Origin: Bacteroidales bacterium
GTDB taxonomy: Bacteria; Bacteroidota; Bacteroidia; Bacteroidales; DASVHX01
NCBI GenBank assembly: GCA_038246075.1
Contig: JBBRRV010000003.1
Location: 1-58,878, forward strand
DNA length: 58,878 bases
Direction: 5' to 3'
Below the pieces are notes generated by a model. That model was not told where the DNA came from. It saw only the letters and a program-made list of their open reading frames with translations, and made no database searches. Position numbers and translations under genes: made by a program. Positions 1 through 10,298 of this stretch are shown here, in pieces. How positions within the stretch are numbered: position 1 is the stretch's first letter; each line of letters begins with the position of its first letter.

Positions 1-140
1 CCATTTATGACGATATTGGTGAATGGTAATGGTTCGTTGTCTATCGCATTATAAACACGCCCCCGTATGACTCCGGATTGCGCTATAACCTGGAGAAGGC
101 CTGTAAAAACAAAAATGCTTATTAGTATTATTTTTCTCAT
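1..140 (-). CDS. N-terminal fragment of an outer-membrane protein with a CarboxypepD_reg-like start (probable TonB-dependent receptor); the gene runs off the left edge
   Basis: Hand translation of the minus strand from the ATG at 140-138 gives MRKIILISIFVFTGLLQVIAQSGVIRGRVYNAIDNEPLPFTNIVING... This is a signal peptide followed by the beta-sandwich opening typical of Bacteroidota TonB-dependent receptors. It is absent from the ORF track because it is truncated. Confidence 0.45.
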   Translation of the reverse strand, partial: MRKIILISIFVFTGLLQVIAQSGVIRGRVYNAIDNEPLPFTNIVIN

Positions 141-250
141 AATGATCTGAAAGCTGGATAACGTTTAGCAAAACAATAGAAACGTTAAACAATTAAATTT
201 TATTTTGGTTCATAAAAAAGAAATGGATTTCAGGAACGGCCGATCTGATT

Positions 251-1192
251 TTATTTAAATAGCTCAATGCCTGCATTTTTACTCATTTCCAGCATGTGAA
301 TAAAATTCTGTTCTTCACCGGCTTCACCTTCCAGCCAGTTAATGCAGATACCATTGCGCTCCATGCGCCTGAACCATGTCATTTGCCGCTTGGCAAACTG
401 ATGAATGCCGATGTTGAGTTGATCGGTCATTTCCCTGAGACTGAGTTTACCGGTCACATAAAGCGTAATGTACTTGTATTCCAGTCCATAAAACATCAGT
501 TTTTCCGGTTCGATTCCCCCGGCGATAAGTCTGCGCACCTCTTCGGCCATGCCCTGGTCGAGGCGCTGATGCAGGCGCGCGGTAATCCGCCGGCGTAAGG
601 TTTCCCGTTCCCAACGCAGGCCAAATACGAGACTATCTATCCTGACAGCATCCCGTATAGCAGGTTTTTCTCCCGACATGGCGATTTCTATTGCACGCAG
701 CAGCCTTTTACGATCGCCGATGTCTGTTTGGTTATGAAGGTCGCGCACTTCTGACAGCATGTGAATGAGCTCCTGGTCTGATTTGGTTTCCAGTACCTTC
801 CTGAGTCCGGCATCAGGCTTTGCTTCGCTCAATTGATAGCCCCGCAGAATGGCGTCAAGATAGAGGCCGGTTCCGCCACAGAGTAAAGGCACACCGCCCT
901 CGTTTTTCACCTGCTGAAAGGCAAGCCGGAAATCCCTGGCATATTCGAAAACAGAGTATTCGTAACCCGGGTCAACGATATCAATCAGGTGAAAGGGGAT
1001 GATTTTTCCTTTTATCCGGTATTCCTCCAGGTCTTTACCTGTGCCCAGGTTCATTCCCCGGTATACCTGGCGCGAATCGGCACTGATGATCTGCCCGTGT
1101 ATGGCCTCCGCAAGCATCACAGCAAGGCGGGTTTTACCCGTAGCCGTGGGGCCGAGTAAGGTTATCATTTTGTTTTTTTGATCATGCTTCAT
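251..1192 (-). CDS. miaA: tRNA dimethylallyltransferase
   Basis: ORF 251..1237 has the P-loop LLGPTATGKT and the SADSRQVYRGMNLGTGKD motif of MiaA. I prefer the internal ATG at 1192 (MKHDQKNKMITLLGPTATGKT) because the 1237 start overlaps the upstream GT2 gene by 32 nt. Confidence 0.9.
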   Translation of the reverse strand: MKHDQKNKMITLLGPTATGKTRLAVMLAEAIHGQIISADSRQVYRGMNLGTGKDLEEYRIKGKIIPFHLIDIVDPGYEYSVFEYARDFRLAFQQVKNEGGVPLLCGGTGLYLDAILRGYQLSEAKPDAGLRKVLETKSDQELIHMLSEVRDLHNQTDIGDRKRLLRAIEIAMSGEKPAIRDAVRIDSLVFGLRWERETLRRRITARLHQRLDQGMAEEVRRLIAGGIEPEKLMFYGLEYKYITLYVTGKLSLREMTDQLNIGIHQFAKRQMTWFRRMERNGICINWLEGEAGEEQNFIHMLEMSKNAGIELFK

Positions 1193-1205
1193 CCTCTGGC
1201 GAATA

Positions 1206-2459
1206 TTAGTTGTGCTGATTGATTGGAAAGCGCTCAAAATGCAGGAACTGAAAATGTGCTTCCTGTTGTACCAGAAAATCCCGTATTTCGTTCATCTGCG
1301 CCAGGGGAGAAGATTTAAATGAAAAATGATCCAATCCCGAAAAGCGCACAAGGGGTGCATTCGCATCGCTTAAAAGGCTGATCGTTTCTTTAAGTCTGCT
1401 TTCAGCTGAGCCGGGCTGCTGCTGATTCCGCCATTTCAGGAATTGCAGTACGCGCAATGCATCCACTTTCTGGTAACAGGCTTTCACGAAGTTTTCGCGG
1501 GTACGGGCATTCTTGCGCAAGGGATGCCAGAAAAAGGTTCCGAAGATGGTTTCAAGGAAAGCTGACATGGGTGTGGGAATGTCCTCTTCAAAAAGGCGTT
1601 CAAACAGGCTGCAGGTTTCTGCAATTTCGTCAAAATGGGTGGTGCTGTATAAGGGATAACTGCTCCAGTCTCCTTTTATGCCTTTAATGAGTGCAGGTCC
1701 GGTACCAAAAAACACCCTGTCGGAAAGGCGGTTGCCCGGAAATACCTTTTCCGCATTCCAGAAAAGAAGCGGCCCAAATTTGCGCAATTTCTGCAGGAAA
1801 TAAAAGTCTTCACCGCTCTTTTGAGGTGTAATGCCACCAATTGAATTATATGCCGCCACAGGCAAGGCTATTGCAGAGCCAAGGGCCGAAAAAGAATACG
1901 GATTCCCTATCCGCCACAAGTTGAGCACATAGCAACGCATATATATTTCGTAGCGGAGCATGGCGCGGTCGAGTGTATCATCCATGCCCGTTAGCTCGTG
2001 GTAGTATGGAACCGACAAGCCTGTTGCCAATGGGTGGTCGTATAGGTTTTGCGCTATGGAACCCAGATATTCCGGGCCAAAAGCAGTATCAGCATCTAAG
2101 CTTAAGATCACGTCGCCTGGTCCAGCCTTGCGGGCAATTTCGTCCATAGCTGTTTTGCGTGCCCAACCAACACCCAACTGTTTGCCTTGCCATCCCATTC
2201 CCTTCGACGAACGATCTATTATCTTGATATGGAGGTCATTTTCTGCTTCCAGCAGCCGGATACAGGCCTGGTTATTCCGGCATACCTGAGCTTTTTCCTT
2301 ATCATCCCACCAATTGTCAGGTTGATTGATACACACAACAACTTCGTCAGGCGGATAAGACTGCTTCTTCAGATTGGACAAAAACATTGGAAGTGCGTCC
2401 AGTTCGTCCATGATGGGCAAAGCAATAAAGATTCCCGGAAGGGTCTTATTTTGATTCAT
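1206..2459 (-). CDS. Family 2 glycosyltransferase
   Basis: The GT-A N-terminus reads IALPIMDELDALPMFLSNLKKQSYPPDEVVVCINQP, and there is a DxD-type SLDADT motif. The gene is divergent from the EPS locus. Confidence 0.8.
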   Translation of the reverse strand: MNQNKTLPGIFIALPIMDELDALPMFLSNLKKQSYPPDEVVVCINQPDNWWDDKEKAQVCRNNQACIRLLEAENDLHIKIIDRSSKGMGWQGKQLGVGWARKTAMDEIARKAGPGDVILSLDADTAFGPEYLGSIAQNLYDHPLATGLSVPYYHELTGMDDTLDRAMLRYEIYMRCYVLNLWRIGNPYSFSALGSAIALPVAAYNSIGGITPQKSGEDFYFLQKLRKFGPLLFWNAEKVFPGNRLSDRVFFGTGPALIKGIKGDWSSYPLYSTTHFDEIAETCSLFERLFEEDIPTPMSAFLETIFGTFFWHPLRKNARTRENFVKACYQKVDALRVLQFLKWRNQQQPGSAESRLKETISLLSDANAPLVRFSGLDHFSFKSSPLAQMNEIRDFLVQQEAHFQFLHFERFPINQHN

Positions 2460-3392
2460 GTTTCAAAGGTAGTACTATGGATCGGAGCTTTATCGGCATA
2501 AATGTATCTCATTTCATGCGCATAATGAATCTGCTGGGTTCAGTTATGGGCGCACCGGAGCAACGGAATCCGGTCCGAAAAAAATCATGGTATGACCGAA
2601 CATTAACATTAAATTTGTGTTTAATAAGTGCAATTATGTGAATATTAGTAACATTTTGACAGCCCTTGAAGATCATGAATAGGCTTGATAAATAGCTTGG
2701 ATAATTTCAGCCACTAAAGAATGAACCTACTCGTGATACTTAAACCAGCGAATGCACACCTAAAGCCGATCACATGGCTCAAATTGATTTTCCTTCGGCG
2801 TTATGGCCCCATATCCAGGAAGGAAAATGCATTTGATGAGTTCAGTAATACCATTAAAATGGAAATGAATCGTTTTATGCCATCCTTTCAGCATACTATG
2901 GAGACTGAAGGCCAGGGCATAATGCATTCTCTGCATCTGAATTGCATGGTTTTCCTCATTCGAAATATTCTGCTATTAAGCAACGAATGCAAAAACAATA
3001 CACCCGATACACAATGTTTAAACTTATAAAGAATATATATATTTTCAAATCATTTTATGTTTATTTGGTTTTGGTGTTTTATAATAATGTATCAGCTATG
3101 ATTGCCCTTATATGTATTGCTGAATGATTGACCTGTATGCAGGAATAACTTGGGATGATGATCTGATGGGGTAATTTTTGCATAGGTGATCTGCCGGCAG
3201 CAGATGTGACTGAAAGGGCGAAGCTGTGGAAATGAATGAGATGCTTTATATAGCGGATTAAGTTTTCGGCCGGTTTTGTTTATGAACTACATCAATCGTG
3301 TCAGTGATTTATATTGTATGATCTTAATATTTAGATGTTTATTTGTAAAAATTTAGTATATTTAGCTTTAATAATTTTTAAAAAGCAAGCAT

Positions 3393-4208
3393 ATGAACAT
3401 ATTTAAAAAAGTCCTTCCTTTAAAGAACTTTCCAAGGCATTTGCGTTTACTCACTTATGCCATTTTCCTTGCCATATTGTCATCTTGTGTTTCACAACAT
3501 GAGGTTGAATACCTTCGTGACAACGATAAACGCATAACCACTTTTTACGAAGCGGAAATTCAGGATTACCGGCTCAAGCCTGATGACGAACTGTATGTTC
3601 AGATCAACAGTCTTGATGAAGCAGCAGCCAATGTATTTTCCGGTTCAGGCAATCAGCAATCGACCACGTTAACGTCTGGAATTTCACCTTATGGGGCTTC
3701 CCTTTTGTCTTATTCAGTTAATAAAAAAGGTTTTATGCTGATGCCATTTATAGGCAATATTTATGTGAAGGATAAGACGGTATCACAGGTAGCTGAAATT
3801 TTAAAAGACTCACTCAGCAGCATTTTAAATCAACCGATTGTCTCTGTTAAATTAGTGAACAGGTATATTTCCATCCTGGGGGAAGTAAGGAATCCGGGGC
3901 ATTTCCCTTATGCGCAGGAAAAACTCACAATTTATGATGCATTAGGTTTGGCCGGAGATATCACAGAGTATGGCAACCGCAGTGAAGTCATCCTCGCCAG
4001 AAACGAAGATGGAAAAAATATGCGTATTGTATTGAACCTTACAAAGCCGAATATTCTGGCCTCAAATTATTATTATATGAGACCAAACGATATCGTGTAT
4101 GTTAAACCTCTAAAGAAAAAGTTTTGGGGATTTCGTGAGTTTCCATTCCAGATTATCCTGACGACGATTTCAACAGCATTATTAATCTATACTGTTGTAA
4201 AAAAATAG
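3393..4208 (+). CDS. wza: Polysaccharide export outer-membrane lipoprotein (Wza-like)
   Basis: It has a lipoprotein signal (ILSSC), a Poly_export-like YRLKPDDELYVQI motif and an SLBB-like ISILGEVRNPGHF motif. It is the first gene of the EPS block. Confidence 0.85.
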   Translation: MNIFKKVLPLKNFPRHLRLLTYAIFLAILSSCVSQHEVEYLRDNDKRITTFYEAEIQDYRLKPDDELYVQINSLDEAAANVFSGSGNQQSTTLTSGISPYGASLLSYSVNKKGFMLMPFIGNIYVKDKTVSQVAEILKDSLSSILNQPIVSVKLVNRYISILGEVRNPGHFPYAQEKLTIYDALGLAGDITEYGNRSEVILARNEDGKNMRIVLNLTKPNILASNYYYMRPNDIVYVKPLKKKFWGFREFPFQIILTTISTALLIYTVVKK

Positions 4209-4263
4209 TAAAATCATATCGAGAAAATTAGAAAATCTTATCACTGATAAACAATCCAATCCT

Positions 4264-6630
4264 ATGTCTCAGTTAAAGAATCCTAACCTGGAGGAAGAAA
4301 ATGATTTCAGAAAAATTGTTGACCTGGTTATCAGGAACTACAAATTTTTTATTATAAGTATAGTTATTGTTGTAGGTCTGGCAGTGGTTAAAAACCATAT
4401 AACCAAACCGGTTTATGAAATATCCTCCTCTCTGCTGATCAAGGAGGACACGAAACAATCTTCCGGTGGACCCGGTATGGCAGATTTCCTGAACAGCAGC
4501 TTGTTAGGGGTCAATCAAAATTTCCAGAATGAATTGTGGGTATTGAAGTCAGCACCGGTAATGGAGCAGACCATTCGTAACCTTGATTTACAGGTAAACT
4601 ACATGCGCAAGGAAGGGTTACTTTACCTGGATGCCTATAAGGAGGTGCCTTTTCAGGTTTTATTTGTGCCCGGGCACAATCAGCCACTCTATTTAAGGTT
4701 CAGCATTCAATTTCAGGGTAAAGATAAGTTCCTGCTTGAAGCTGAGGGTGAAGATGTCTGGTTTCATAATTTTGAGACGAATAAATACATCCGCAAAAAA
4801 GACAAATGGAATTTCCGGCAGTATGGGACGTTCGGTAAATTAATTGAAACCCCTGATATGGCATTTGTAATAAAACGGGACAGTACACTGGGAAAAGCTA
4901 CAGATAATGCATCCTACTGGTTCAGTTTCTCAGATGTTCCCGCATTAACAAATAGCTACAGAAAGTCGTTAAAATTTAATATTGTTGATAAGAAAGCAAC
5001 TGTGGTCGAGCTGGTATTGCAATCAGAATCAGTAGCTGAGGGTATTGATATTGTAAATGAACTGATGAATGTTTATTCTTCACGAAACCTTGAACGGAAA
5101 AATCATAATGCGATGATCACCATTGATTACATCGAAAAGCAGTTAAATGAGATTTCCGATTCTTTGAGCCAGACTGAAGATAAACTGCAAACCTTCAGGT
5201 CCTCAAACCAATTGTTGAATGTGGCCGAGCAATCTTCCGGCATTTCGGCACAGTACAGGGATCTGCAGAATCAGCGTGCCGTAGTGCTTACAAACAAGCG
5301 TTATTACGATTATGTAGCAGATTATCTTTCCAAGAACAATGACTATTCCAATATGGCTGTTCCTTCTACTATGGGGATAGCTGATCCGATGCTCAACAAT
5401 CTGACTTCCGGTCTTATTGCAGCACAGGCACAGCGGTCAAACCTGATTCAGAATAAGCAGGGAAGAAATCCCCTGGTTAAAAGTCTGGATATTAAAATTG
5501 AAAACCTCAAGAAAACAATTTCAGAAAATATTGCTGCAGTCCGGCAAACCACTGAGATCTCAGTAGATGAAATGAACAAGCGGATCGGGAGAGTCGAAGG
5601 CCAGATCAGCCGATTGCCCAAAACACAAAGGCAATTGGGTGGAATCGAACGCAAATACCGCTTAAATGATGCCATCTATAATTACCTGTTGGAAAAGCGG
5701 GCAGAAGCTAAAATAACCAAAGCTTCCAACCTGCCCGACGATGTAATCATTGAACCTGCGGCGCAGGTCGGATCTGATCCCATTGCGCCAAATGCCAAGA
5801 AAAATTATATCATAGCATTTGTTTTGGGACTCGCAATTCCATTTGGCTTTCTGATGCTTAAGAGCGGGCTTAATAATAAAATTGAAACACAGGACAATAT
5901 AGAACGGCTCACCCAAATACCTGTATTGGGAAAGATTTTGCACAACAGTAAAAAAACCAACAATGTGGTTTTTGAATATCCTACCTCTGCTATTGCAGAA
6001 GCATACCGGGCCCTGCGAACAAATCTTGATTTTTACCTGGTCAAGGGCGATTATAAGAAAACAATCCTCGTTACGTCATGCATTGAGGGAGAAGGGAAAT
6101 CGTTTAACTCACTGAATATTGCCATGAGTTATGCGCAACTCGGACGTAAAACGATCCTGCTCGATTTTGATATGCGCAAACCAACAACCTACTTTGATAA
6201 TAAACATGAAGCATTGGTTGGATTGAGCTCATACCTGAATGATCGCAATTCATTGGAAGAGATTACGCTCCATTCACCACATGAAAAACTGGATTATATC
6301 TGTTCCGGTCCCATTCCTCCCAATCCTGCTGAATTACTTGTACTTGATAAAGTTGCAAGTCTGATTGACAGGTTAAAAACACAATATGATTACATCATCA
6401 TGGATACACCGCCTTTAGCGCAGGTAACTGACGGATTTCTTTTGATGGAAAAAGCTGATATCAAAATTATTGTTGCCAGGTATAATTTTTCCAAGAAAAA
6501 CGTATTCTCCATCATCATGAAAGACCTCAGCCAGAAAAAAATCGGGAATGTCTGTATCGTTTTAAATGACAACAGGATTGAGCGTGATCAGTATGGATAT
6601 GGATATGGCTACAATAAAAAAAAGAAATAG
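4264..6630 (+). CDS. wzc: Chain-length determinant / bacterial tyrosine (BY) kinase, Wzc-like
   Basis: The N-terminal Wzz-type domain is flanked by two TM segments with a long coiled-coil. The C-terminal kinase has Walker A EGEGKSFNS, Walker A' LLDFDMRKP, Walker B DYIIMDTPP and a terminal Tyr cluster YGYGYGY. Confidence 0.9.
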   Translation: MSQLKNPNLEEENDFRKIVDLVIRNYKFFIISIVIVVGLAVVKNHITKPVYEISSSLLIKEDTKQSSGGPGMADFLNSSLLGVNQNFQNELWVLKSAPVMEQTIRNLDLQVNYMRKEGLLYLDAYKEVPFQVLFVPGHNQPLYLRFSIQFQGKDKFLLEAEGEDVWFHNFETNKYIRKKDKWNFRQYGTFGKLIETPDMAFVIKRDSTLGKATDNASYWFSFSDVPALTNSYRKSLKFNIVDKKATVVELVLQSESVAEGIDIVNELMNVYSSRNLERKNHNAMITIDYIEKQLNEISDSLSQTEDKLQTFRSSNQLLNVAEQSSGISAQYRDLQNQRAVVLTNKRYYDYVADYLSKNNDYSNMAVPSTMGIADPMLNNLTSGLIAAQAQRSNLIQNKQGRNPLVKSLDIKIENLKKTISENIAAVRQTTEISVDEMNKRIGRVEGQISRLPKTQRQLGGIERKYRLNDAIYNYLLEKRAEAKITKASNLPDDVIIEPAAQVGSDPIAPNAKKNYIIAFVLGLAIPFGFLMLKSGLNNKIETQDNIERLTQIPVLGKILHNSKKTNNVVFEYPTSAIAEAYRALRTNLDFYLVKGDYKKTILVTSCIEGEGKSFNSLNIAMSYAQLGRKTILLDFDMRKPTTYFDNKHEALVGLSSYLNDRNSLEEITLHSPHEKLDYICSGPIPPNPAELLVLDKVASLIDRLKTQYDYIIMDTPPLAQVTDGFLLMEKADIKIIVARYNFSKKNVFSIIMKDLSQKKIGNVCIVLNDNRIERDQYGYGYGYNKKKK

Positions 6631-6905
6631 AATTGTTATAACAGTATACAGTCGATTCAGCTTGTGATTTGTTAATCAACCATAAGCAGGTCAAGGCATT
6701 GTTTGTATTTTAAGTTTTTGCTTATTTTGTCAATTACTAAAAGGCGATTGAAATTTATCGGGATATTTAATATTGTTTTCAGTTTGCACATGTAATTTGC
6801 CTTAGCGGAAAAGCGCAGGTATACTGTTTTAAATTCATTCATAAATCTTGATTGGGATAGAACAACAGGCAAGGAGCCTGAATTTTTGCATTAATAAAAC
6901 CTCAA

Positions 6906-8276
6906 ATGGGCTATCAGACAGCGAAGCAATATATTTTCAACCTAAACATCATTACAAAAGGTCACGAGCGAAGCGTAAATGCTAAGAAGAACATTCTGGC
7001 ATCTGTATTTATCAGAGGTTTTAGTATTTTGATCAGCTTGTTTTTAGTGCCATTAACCATTCATTACATAAATCCTACCCAGTATGGAATCTGGGTCACT
7101 TTGAGTTCTATCATAGGTTGGCTGGGTTTCTTTGATATTGGATTTGGTAATGGGTTACGGAATAAGTTTGCCGAATCGGTTGCTATGGGAAAGCATAAAC
7201 TAGCCAGGGTTTATGTAAGTACAACATATGCAATATTGAGCATCATCATCGCTGCAGTATTAATTCTTTTCTTTATCATCAATCCCTTCCTTAACTGGTC
7301 AAAGATACTGAATACACCATCTGGCATGTCGGGCGAATTAAGCATATTAGCCTTGATTGTTTTTGTCTTTTTCTGTATCCAGTTTGTATTACAATTGATT
7401 ACCACAGTTCTTACTGCCAATCAGCAACCGGCCAAAGCTTCCCTGTTCAATTTGATCGGAAGTTTGTTTTCATTACTGATCATCTATGTTCTCACAAAAA
7501 CAACTTCAGGAAATCTGTTATACCTCGCGGCCGTTTTTGGATTTGCGCCAATTTTAGTGCTGGGCATTTCAAGTGCCTGGTTTTATACACATGGCTATAA
7601 ACAATATGCACCATCATTAAAATTTGTAAAGTTTAGTTTTGCGCGAGACCTGATGAGCCTGGGAATTAAATTTTTTGTCCTGCAAATTTCGTATGTAATT
7701 ATTTATCAAACCAGTAATATAATCATTGCGCAACTCTATGGTCCCGCCCAGGTGACTCCTTATAATATCGCTTATAAATATTTCAGCGTTATTCCCATGG
7801 GGTTTGGAATTATTATGTTGCCATTCTGGAGTGCATTTACAGAAGCCTGGATCAAAAAAGATATTGAATGGATAAAAAGCACCATAAAAAAACTAAAATT
7901 GATCTGGATCCTGTTAAGTATCGTTAGCCTCATCATGCTGGTCTTCGCAAATTTCATGTACCGCATATGGGTGGGAAAAGGAATTCCGGTGCCCATACTC
8001 ATGAGTGCCATCATGGCTGCCTATGTTGTCGTAAACGCCTGGAGCAGCATATACTCACAGTTTCTGAATGGGGTGGGGAAAATTAAATTGCAATTATACA
8101 GTGGCTTATTTTCTGCTCTATTTAATATCCCATTATCGATTTATTTGGGAAAGCTCATGGGGATCTCGGGCGTTGTTCTGTCTTCGCTGATATTGGTGTC
8201 AATCAGTGCCATCTGGTCCCCGATTCAGTATAGTAAACTTATTAATAATAGCGCCAGAGGAATCTGGAACAGGTAA
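6906..8276 (+). CDS. wzx: Polysaccharide flippase (MOP/Wzx family)
   Basis: This is a 456-aa protein made almost entirely of hydrophobic helices (about 12 or more). It has the size and pattern of Wzx-type polysaccharide biosynthesis proteins and sits in an EPS locus. Confidence 0.75.
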   Translation: MGYQTAKQYIFNLNIITKGHERSVNAKKNILASVFIRGFSILISLFLVPLTIHYINPTQYGIWVTLSSIIGWLGFFDIGFGNGLRNKFAESVAMGKHKLARVYVSTTYAILSIIIAAVLILFFIINPFLNWSKILNTPSGMSGELSILALIVFVFFCIQFVLQLITTVLTANQQPAKASLFNLIGSLFSLLIIYVLTKTTSGNLLYLAAVFGFAPILVLGISSAWFYTHGYKQYAPSLKFVKFSFARDLMSLGIKFFVLQISYVIIYQTSNIIIAQLYGPAQVTPYNIAYKYFSVIPMGFGIIMLPFWSAFTEAWIKKDIEWIKSTIKKLKLIWILLSIVSLIMLVFANFMYRIWVGKGIPVPILMSAIMAAYVVVNAWSSIYSQFLNGVGKIKLQLYSGLFSALFNIPLSIYLGKLMGISGVVLSSLILVSISAIWSPIQYSKLINNSARGIWNR

Positions 8277-8281
8277 CTTGT

Positions 8282-9571
8282 ATGAATATTCTGCTCATAA
8301 ATAATATTAATCCATTAGCGGCATCCGGTAGTGTGGGTTTGGACCTCTATAACGGATTCAAAACCAATGGGCATTTTGTCAAACTTTTGGTAAATGTATA
8401 TAAGACAAATTACCCTGAAGGGGTTGTATGTGTGGAAACACGGTTTGAAGCGAAAAAGAAGGAGATACTGACTAAAATCAGCAACAGGTTGAAGCTGGGG
8501 AAAACCCAAAATTTAGACGATAAATATCATATTCATGAAGTAAAGGAACAAAATGAAGTATACAGAACAGACAGACTCCTGAAAACAGCCGGATTTAAAC
8601 CGGATGCCATCATTATGTTATTTATAAAAGATTTTATAAATACCAAAAACATGTATGAATTATATGAAACGACTGATGCTCCCATTTATTGGTTAATGTA
8701 TGATATGGCTCCAATTACCGGCGGATGTCACTATGCCTGGGATTGCACCGGTTATCAGAAGGATTGCGGGAATTGCCCTGGTTTATATTCTTCAGATCCT
8801 CATGATCCTACATACAAAAATCTTAAAATTAAAAAAGATTATATTGATAAGACCAATATTCAGCTCATAACGGCTTCTGAATGGCAGTATCGCCAGGCGA
8901 AGTCAAGTTCCTTATTTAAAAATAAAACGATTCATAAAATCCTGCTTTCTGTTGATTCAAAGGTTTTCAAACCTGTAAACAAGGAAAAATTGAGAATAGA
9001 GATGGGCATTCCAAGCACTAAAAAAATAATATTTCTTGGAGCTGTATATATGTCGGACCTTCGAAAGGGTATGAAATATTTATTGGAAAGCTTAAAATTG
9101 TTTAATGACAAAATAAAAGGAACAACGCTTGAAAATAACATGCTATTATTGATTGCAGGTGTGAATATTGAAGAGATTGTTGGTTCACTGCCCTTCGAAT
9201 ATCACTATTTAGGATTTGTCGATAATACAACTGGCATTGCTTCAGCATACCAGGCTGCTGATGTCTTTGTTTGCCCGTCCATAGAGGATTCAGGACCCAG
9301 CATGATAAACCAGTCCATCATGTGCGGAACTCCGGTTGTTTCTTTTGAAATGGGTGTTTCTCCTGATATTGTGATTTCAGGAAAGACTGGATATATGGCA
9401 AAACTTAAAGACAGTGATGACCTTGCACAGGGCTTGTTTAATGTTTTGTCCCTCTCTGATGATAAATATGACGAAATGACAAAATATTGCAGGGACCTTG
9501 CTGTTGAACGTTACTCACAAGAGGTCCAGATACTGCAGTTTGAGAATATATTAAATGTCTCAAAAGACTGA
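8282..9571 (+). CDS. GT4-type (GT-B) glycosyltransferase with a Cys-rich insert
   Basis: The C-terminal E-x7-E-type motif reads PSIEDSGPSMINQSIMCGTPVV. There is an unusual GGCHYAWDCTGYQKDCGNCPG cysteine cluster in the N-domain. Confidence 0.75.
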   Translation: MNILLINNINPLAASGSVGLDLYNGFKTNGHFVKLLVNVYKTNYPEGVVCVETRFEAKKKEILTKISNRLKLGKTQNLDDKYHIHEVKEQNEVYRTDRLLKTAGFKPDAIIMLFIKDFINTKNMYELYETTDAPIYWLMYDMAPITGGCHYAWDCTGYQKDCGNCPGLYSSDPHDPTYKNLKIKKDYIDKTNIQLITASEWQYRQAKSSSLFKNKTIHKILLSVDSKVFKPVNKEKLRIEMGIPSTKKIIFLGAVYMSDLRKGMKYLLESLKLFNDKIKGTTLENNMLLLIAGVNIEEIVGSLPFEYHYLGFVDNTTGIASAYQAADVFVCPSIEDSGPSMINQSIMCGTPVVSFEMGVSPDIVISGKTGYMAKLKDSDDLAQGLFNVLSLSDDKYDEMTKYCRDLAVERYSQEVQILQFENILNVSKD

Positions 9572-9575
9572 TCGT

Positions 9576-10298
9576 ATGGAAAATAATTATACAATATTGA
9601 AATGGGATTCGCAGTTTTTTGGTTATAAAGTAGCTTATCTTAAACCCAGAAAACTCAAACCGGCAAGGTTAAAGGAAATCATTGCCGATATGAAAAATAA
9701 TGACGTTGCGCTCGCTTATTGCTCTGTCAATCCTGATGATGAAGCATCAAATTTATCTTTAGCAAACGATAACAGATTTTTAGCTGATGAGAAAATTACC
9801 TTCTTTACCAGCATTGAGGATGAACATAATTATATTTTTTCCGGCAACATTATGCCCTATAAATTAGATCACACATCGGAGAAGCTGAAATCATTGGCGC
9901 TGCAAAGCGGACTCTATTCGCGATTTAAAGTTGATCCTCATTTTGTTAATGGGGAATTTCAGATGCTTTATACAGAATGGATTGAAAAATCCGTTGGTAA
10001 ATATATTTCTGACGAAGTTCTGGTTTATTATATTGATGATGACGAGAAAGGATTTGTATCCCTTGGTGTTAAAAATGGAATTGGCAGTATAGGACTGATC
10101 GCAGTCGATGAATTAGAGCGCGGGAAATCAATAGGTAAGGAATTGATGATTGCAGCACTTGATTTTTTTAAAACGAAAAAGCTGCGTGAAGTCGAAGTCG
10201 TAACACAGAAGGCTAATTTTATTGCCTGTGAGTTTTATAAAACATTGGGATTTGGAGTTAAAAGCATTGAAAACATCTACCACATATGGATAAAATAA
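9576..10298 (+). CDS. wecD: dTDP-4-amino-4,6-dideoxy-D-galactose (fucosamine) N-acetyltransferase, WecD/RffC-like GNAT
   Basis: The N-terminus LKWDSQFFGYKVAYL parallels the E. coli WecD opening (LTWENAFFGVNSA). The C-terminal GNAT core reads GLIAVDELERGKSIGKELM. The start is moved to the ATG at 9576 (MENNYT...) to avoid overlap with the preceding GT. It is immediately followed by wecE. Confidence 0.8.
   Translation: MENNYTILKWDSQFFGYKVAYLKPRKLKPARLKEIIADMKNNDVALAYCSVNPDDEASNLSLANDNRFLADEKITFFTSIEDEHNYIFSGNIMPYKLDHTSEKLKSLALQSGLYSRFKVDPHFVNGEFQMLYTEWIEKSVGKYISDEVLVYYIDDDEKGFVSLGVKNGIGSIGLIAVDELERGKSIGKELMIAALDFFKTKKLREVEVVTQKANFIACEFYKTLGFGVKSIENIYHIWIK

Noticed and set aside
296-598. A 100-aa plus-strand ORF lies inside miaA, with further 60-aa ORFs at 820..1002 and 999..1181.
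   Set aside because: All are antisense to a well-supported gene, have low-complexity or odd composition, and carry no motifs.
2721-3127. ORFs 2721..3029 and 2942..3127 lie in the EPS leader region.
   Set aside because: They overlap each other, have no recognisable domain and have AT-rich-noise composition. The region is kept as a finding only as a long non-coding leader.
6577-6630. The repetitive tat-gga/tat-ggc DNA at the 3' end of the BY-kinase gene could be a microsatellite.
   Set aside because: It encodes the functional C-terminal tyrosine cluster (YGYGYGY) expected of Wzc-type autokinases. It is not an independent repeat feature.
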